A stretch of 64,000 bases of DNA from the human T2T-CHM13v2.0 reference genome, Homo sapiens, in assembly GCF_009914755.1 (NCBI RefSeq), contig NC_060932.1. One strand, written 5' to 3'. The notes beneath the pieces are model-generated. The model worked only from the letters and a program-made list of their open reading frames with translations. It made no database searches and had not been told where the DNA came from. Each line of letters starts with the position of its first letter. The stretch's first letter is position 1. Both the position numbers and the translations under genes were made by a program. Positions 60,454 to 64,000 of the stretch are shown here, in pieces.

Positions 60454-63400
60454 ATGCCTCACAGATAGTACAAGTACCTTAAAACAGAGTATTCCTAATT
60501 TCTTCCTCCTGTCACTTATAACGTTTCTGTCATTCATTTCCCTTACCTATAAGCTATAATCACTGAATAAATGACAGAGCTACCAGAGGTAAAATTCACA
60601 AAAGTGTTGGGGACCCCCTGAAACTGGGCACCCTCTGAGTTTTTAATTCTCAAACTATTCAATACTGATCCTCTAGTAATTTGTCAATTATAATTTAAAA
60701 TCTTCCCACCAATATGGTTTTTGCTGTGCACTTCTCCTCCTGGGCTTCTGATCTGTAAAGTTGTGAATCTCTGTATCTGCCTCTCTATCTTCAGTTTTGG
60801 TGATAGCAGTTTTTCTGTGGCCTTAATTCTCTGACAGATCTAATAAGGTTGTTGATTTTCAGTTTGTTCAGAATTTTCCTTGTTGTAAGGATGGGAGTGA
60901 TGACTTTCAAGTTCTTGGACTTCCAGCCTCTAGAATTGTGAGAAAATAAATTTCTGTTGCTTAAGCCACTCTTCTGTGGCGTTCTGTGATGGCAGACCAA
61001 GTAGATTAATAGACTACACCTATTTCAGATAATATACTGGCAATGCAGCAATGAAGAGTTTACTAGCTCAACAGTGACTGACAGATCTTAGAATTAAAAT
61101 GATTACTTTCTAAAAATTTGCATTGTGTTAGATGCCTACTTTCTTGTAAAGGAGCTCTTTGAAATAATTTTTAAACTTGGGTTAGAAAAAAATGTAAGAA
61201 AACATTGCTGTAAACAAAGAAAAAAGAGAGTCTCCAAACTTTTTTTTTTTTTTTTTTTTTATCATATTACCTTGTAGATGAAGGTCCAAAGCTATGCACT
61301 AATGTTAACCGAGTAGGCCACAAATAGAAAAATGGTTGAAATTTACATATGAAGATTTGTCAAGATAGAATAAAACAAATGCAGTCACCTATAAACATAT
61401 ATTAAACAGAATCTCTGAAAAAAACATGTGAAGTGCCAGATGAAAAAGCTGAGTGTGATAGCTGTATTGAACAGGAGACAGAGTCAGGTACTGTGATGAG
61501 GAGGGGTAGCTCCATAGCTCACTAGTGTTTTTGTCTTTGATAAGCTGTCTAATGCCTCTAGCTTTATTTTCCTTGGAGCACGATGATATAGTAATCCTAT
61601 CCTGGCCATATTGCAATGTGTTTGGGGGGATTAAGTGATATTGAGAATGTGAACAGGCCTTGGCATCTTATATTACTGGAGAGTGAGTATTGCTGTGAGG
61701 ATAATGGACGTAATGTAGGAGACAGCTTCTAATCCAGTGCTCAGCCCAAAGTAGGGACACTTTATAAATGGTTCTAGAATAAATGATGACTGTTAAATGG
61801 CCTAAACTGAAACTATAATATTCTGGATTCTAATCTTCTGGAGGCTTTAAAGATATGCTCTAGGGTTTTTAGAAATGTAACAGGTATAGTGAATCTAGAA
61901 CTCTCAGGGTGTAATACATTTTTTTTTTTTACCAACCCTGTCCAATTTACATTTCATCCATGGGTGAGTTATTTTTCTTTGTTCTTAAGAGGGAAATTTG
62001 ACATATCCTGTAATTTTTCTGCTCATTCTTAGGTAACGTAGTCATAAGATCATGAGTCACAAAGCACTAACTCTGTTCTGTTTGTTTTATTTGTAACTGT
62101 TCAGTACTCCGTTCAAGATATTAATAAGTCTTCTTCAATCTTCCATTAAAAGTCCTCTCCTTTCCTTGGATATGTACTTGGGTTGCAGGCTACCTTCAGG
62201 GCTGGTTTCTTTTCTCTCACTCACTCACAAGTGAGTGACTTTTACTATTTTGGGCCTCTGGTTTGGGAGATAAGAGACTGAGAGATAAAGGGATAAAGAA
62301 GACCTTACTTTAACTGGGCTACTTCAAGCTCTCTGGGCCTAGACAACGGTTAGAACGGACTCTTTCTTGGTACGTCAATGGATTCTTCACAACTTCCAGT
62401 TATTGTCAACTCTTGAAACTTAGGTATCGTTACTTTATTTCTCAGGCTGCCACGTGCCTCTAAGCACCTGATTCTCTGGTGGCTTACTTCAGTTGCTGTT
62501 CTTTTTGTGTTCTTATTGACTTGGGATAGGATTTTAAAGGGCTATGGCCCAGGTCTCTTTCTCATGAGTCTATATTTGCATCAAAGACACATTCTTGTAA
62601 CCATTTTGCTCGCAAGACTAAGAAGGTGTAGGGGGATTCCAATGATGTCAGTTTATCCTGCTGCCATAGGATAGCTATTTTAGAGTCATATCAGGATCAC
62701 ATGGAACACATAGAAAGCTCTTCCAAAGCTCCCTCTTGCTGTGATTGGGTGAAATTTTAGCATCTCTCTCACCAGCACTGCATCTCCCCATAGCCCCCAC
62801 CTTTACTGGGGAGGACTCTGCAGTTCAACAGCTCTTTCTAAGGAAAATCTTACAAATCCTTCTTGTTTCTCTACTTTCTAACTTGGCTTATATCCTTGAT
62901 CCTTCTGAAAGGTCCAAGATTTATGAAACCATGCCTCAGCTATCTCTTTTAAATTTTCCACATGAGAATCATCCCACATTCACAGTGGTATCTGATACGT
63001 CTTATAGTGATGCTTTTGTTGAAACTTCAGTATCACACCCTACTACAAAAACAATAAATTATCTCCATTAAACTATAGATTTAATCCTGAGGGATTAAAT
63101 CTGTAACTTTTTATAGAATGGGACCCACAAAGATTCCATTGTGAAGAATTACACTTTTAAGAAGATTGGAAAATTAATGCCCTAGTGAAACACTTTGTTC
63201 AAGAATGTGTCCATATTTCTAAGTGAATATTCTTTATTTAACAAAATATGAATCTGCTATGTGAATAGCACTGAGGTTATTTTTGGGCAAGTATCACTAC
63301 TATTGTGACCACTATTAAAGCCTACAGTCAGGTAACCAGAAAGCTATACAGGGAACTCCTTGCCCTTCAGATCTGGGCAAAATATTCTATTTTGTTGGAT

Positions 63401-64000
63401 TCCATGCTTCTCCCCCATTGTCTCCCAACATTTCATTATTTTTAGTAATTTTGTTAAAGATATGCAGGCTGATGACAGGCAGATGGAGGGATTATGTCAG
63501 CAAATGTTCAATTTTTTGACATCTCACAGAATCTGCGTCTTCCTCTCTCTTTCTCTTCCCTCCTTCTCCAGAGTAACTAGCAATTTCTTTCCCCCATTTT
63601 CTCAGATCAGTTCTATCCTTAGGCCTTGTTGGAGTTGTATCTTGCACACTCAGCCCTTTTCTAAGCAGATACAGTTCACTTCATAGTGGAAATTTTGGTG
63701 CATCTAATTTATCCTTCAAATTATATCAATAATAACCTAATCCACACTTGGAGAACACACTGCAGTTTATAAAACATGTGAATCTACATGGCCTTTTGTT
63801 TTTTTTTATTTTCTTAGGGTGCAGATAATATAGGCATTATTATTTGCACCTTATAGACATAGGACTGTTAAAATATTATCTGGATTAGTGGAATTTGTAA
63901 TAGAGGAGAGAAGACATATAAATTATAAATTATGAAAAAAGATAATTTTAAAAGTATGCATAAATAGTGTAATGTAGTATAGATTAGATAGCAATTACTT

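Overview
Human genomic DNA: it contains an AluYb8, a human-specific Alu subfamily. The window is repeat-rich and I see no spliced protein-coding exon. Main features: (1) an old, rearranged L1 with an intact 5' end (56-6118, -); (2) a full-length L1PA3-5-type L1 (9001-15221, -) whose TSD shows a ~270-bp 3' transduction; (3) a full-length processed cytochrome c (CYCS) retrocopy with an intact 105-codon ORF, ~280 bp downstream of a co-oriented ERV1 solo LTR; (4) a complete THE1 MaLR provirus; (5) 11 Alus plus many LTR, DNA-transposon, MIR and L2 relics. The signal these features do not explain is two perfect short duplications (41 bp and 31 bp). Each is copied from a retroelement junction or interior into unique sequence 1.3-2.2 kb away. 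There is also a microinverted Alu tail, a tandem amplification in an L1 promoter, and a fold-back inverted duplication in the old L1. I cannot show a new biological system; the templated copies are the best lead. Repeat family names come from memory of consensus sequences, and the boundaries of old repeats are approximate.
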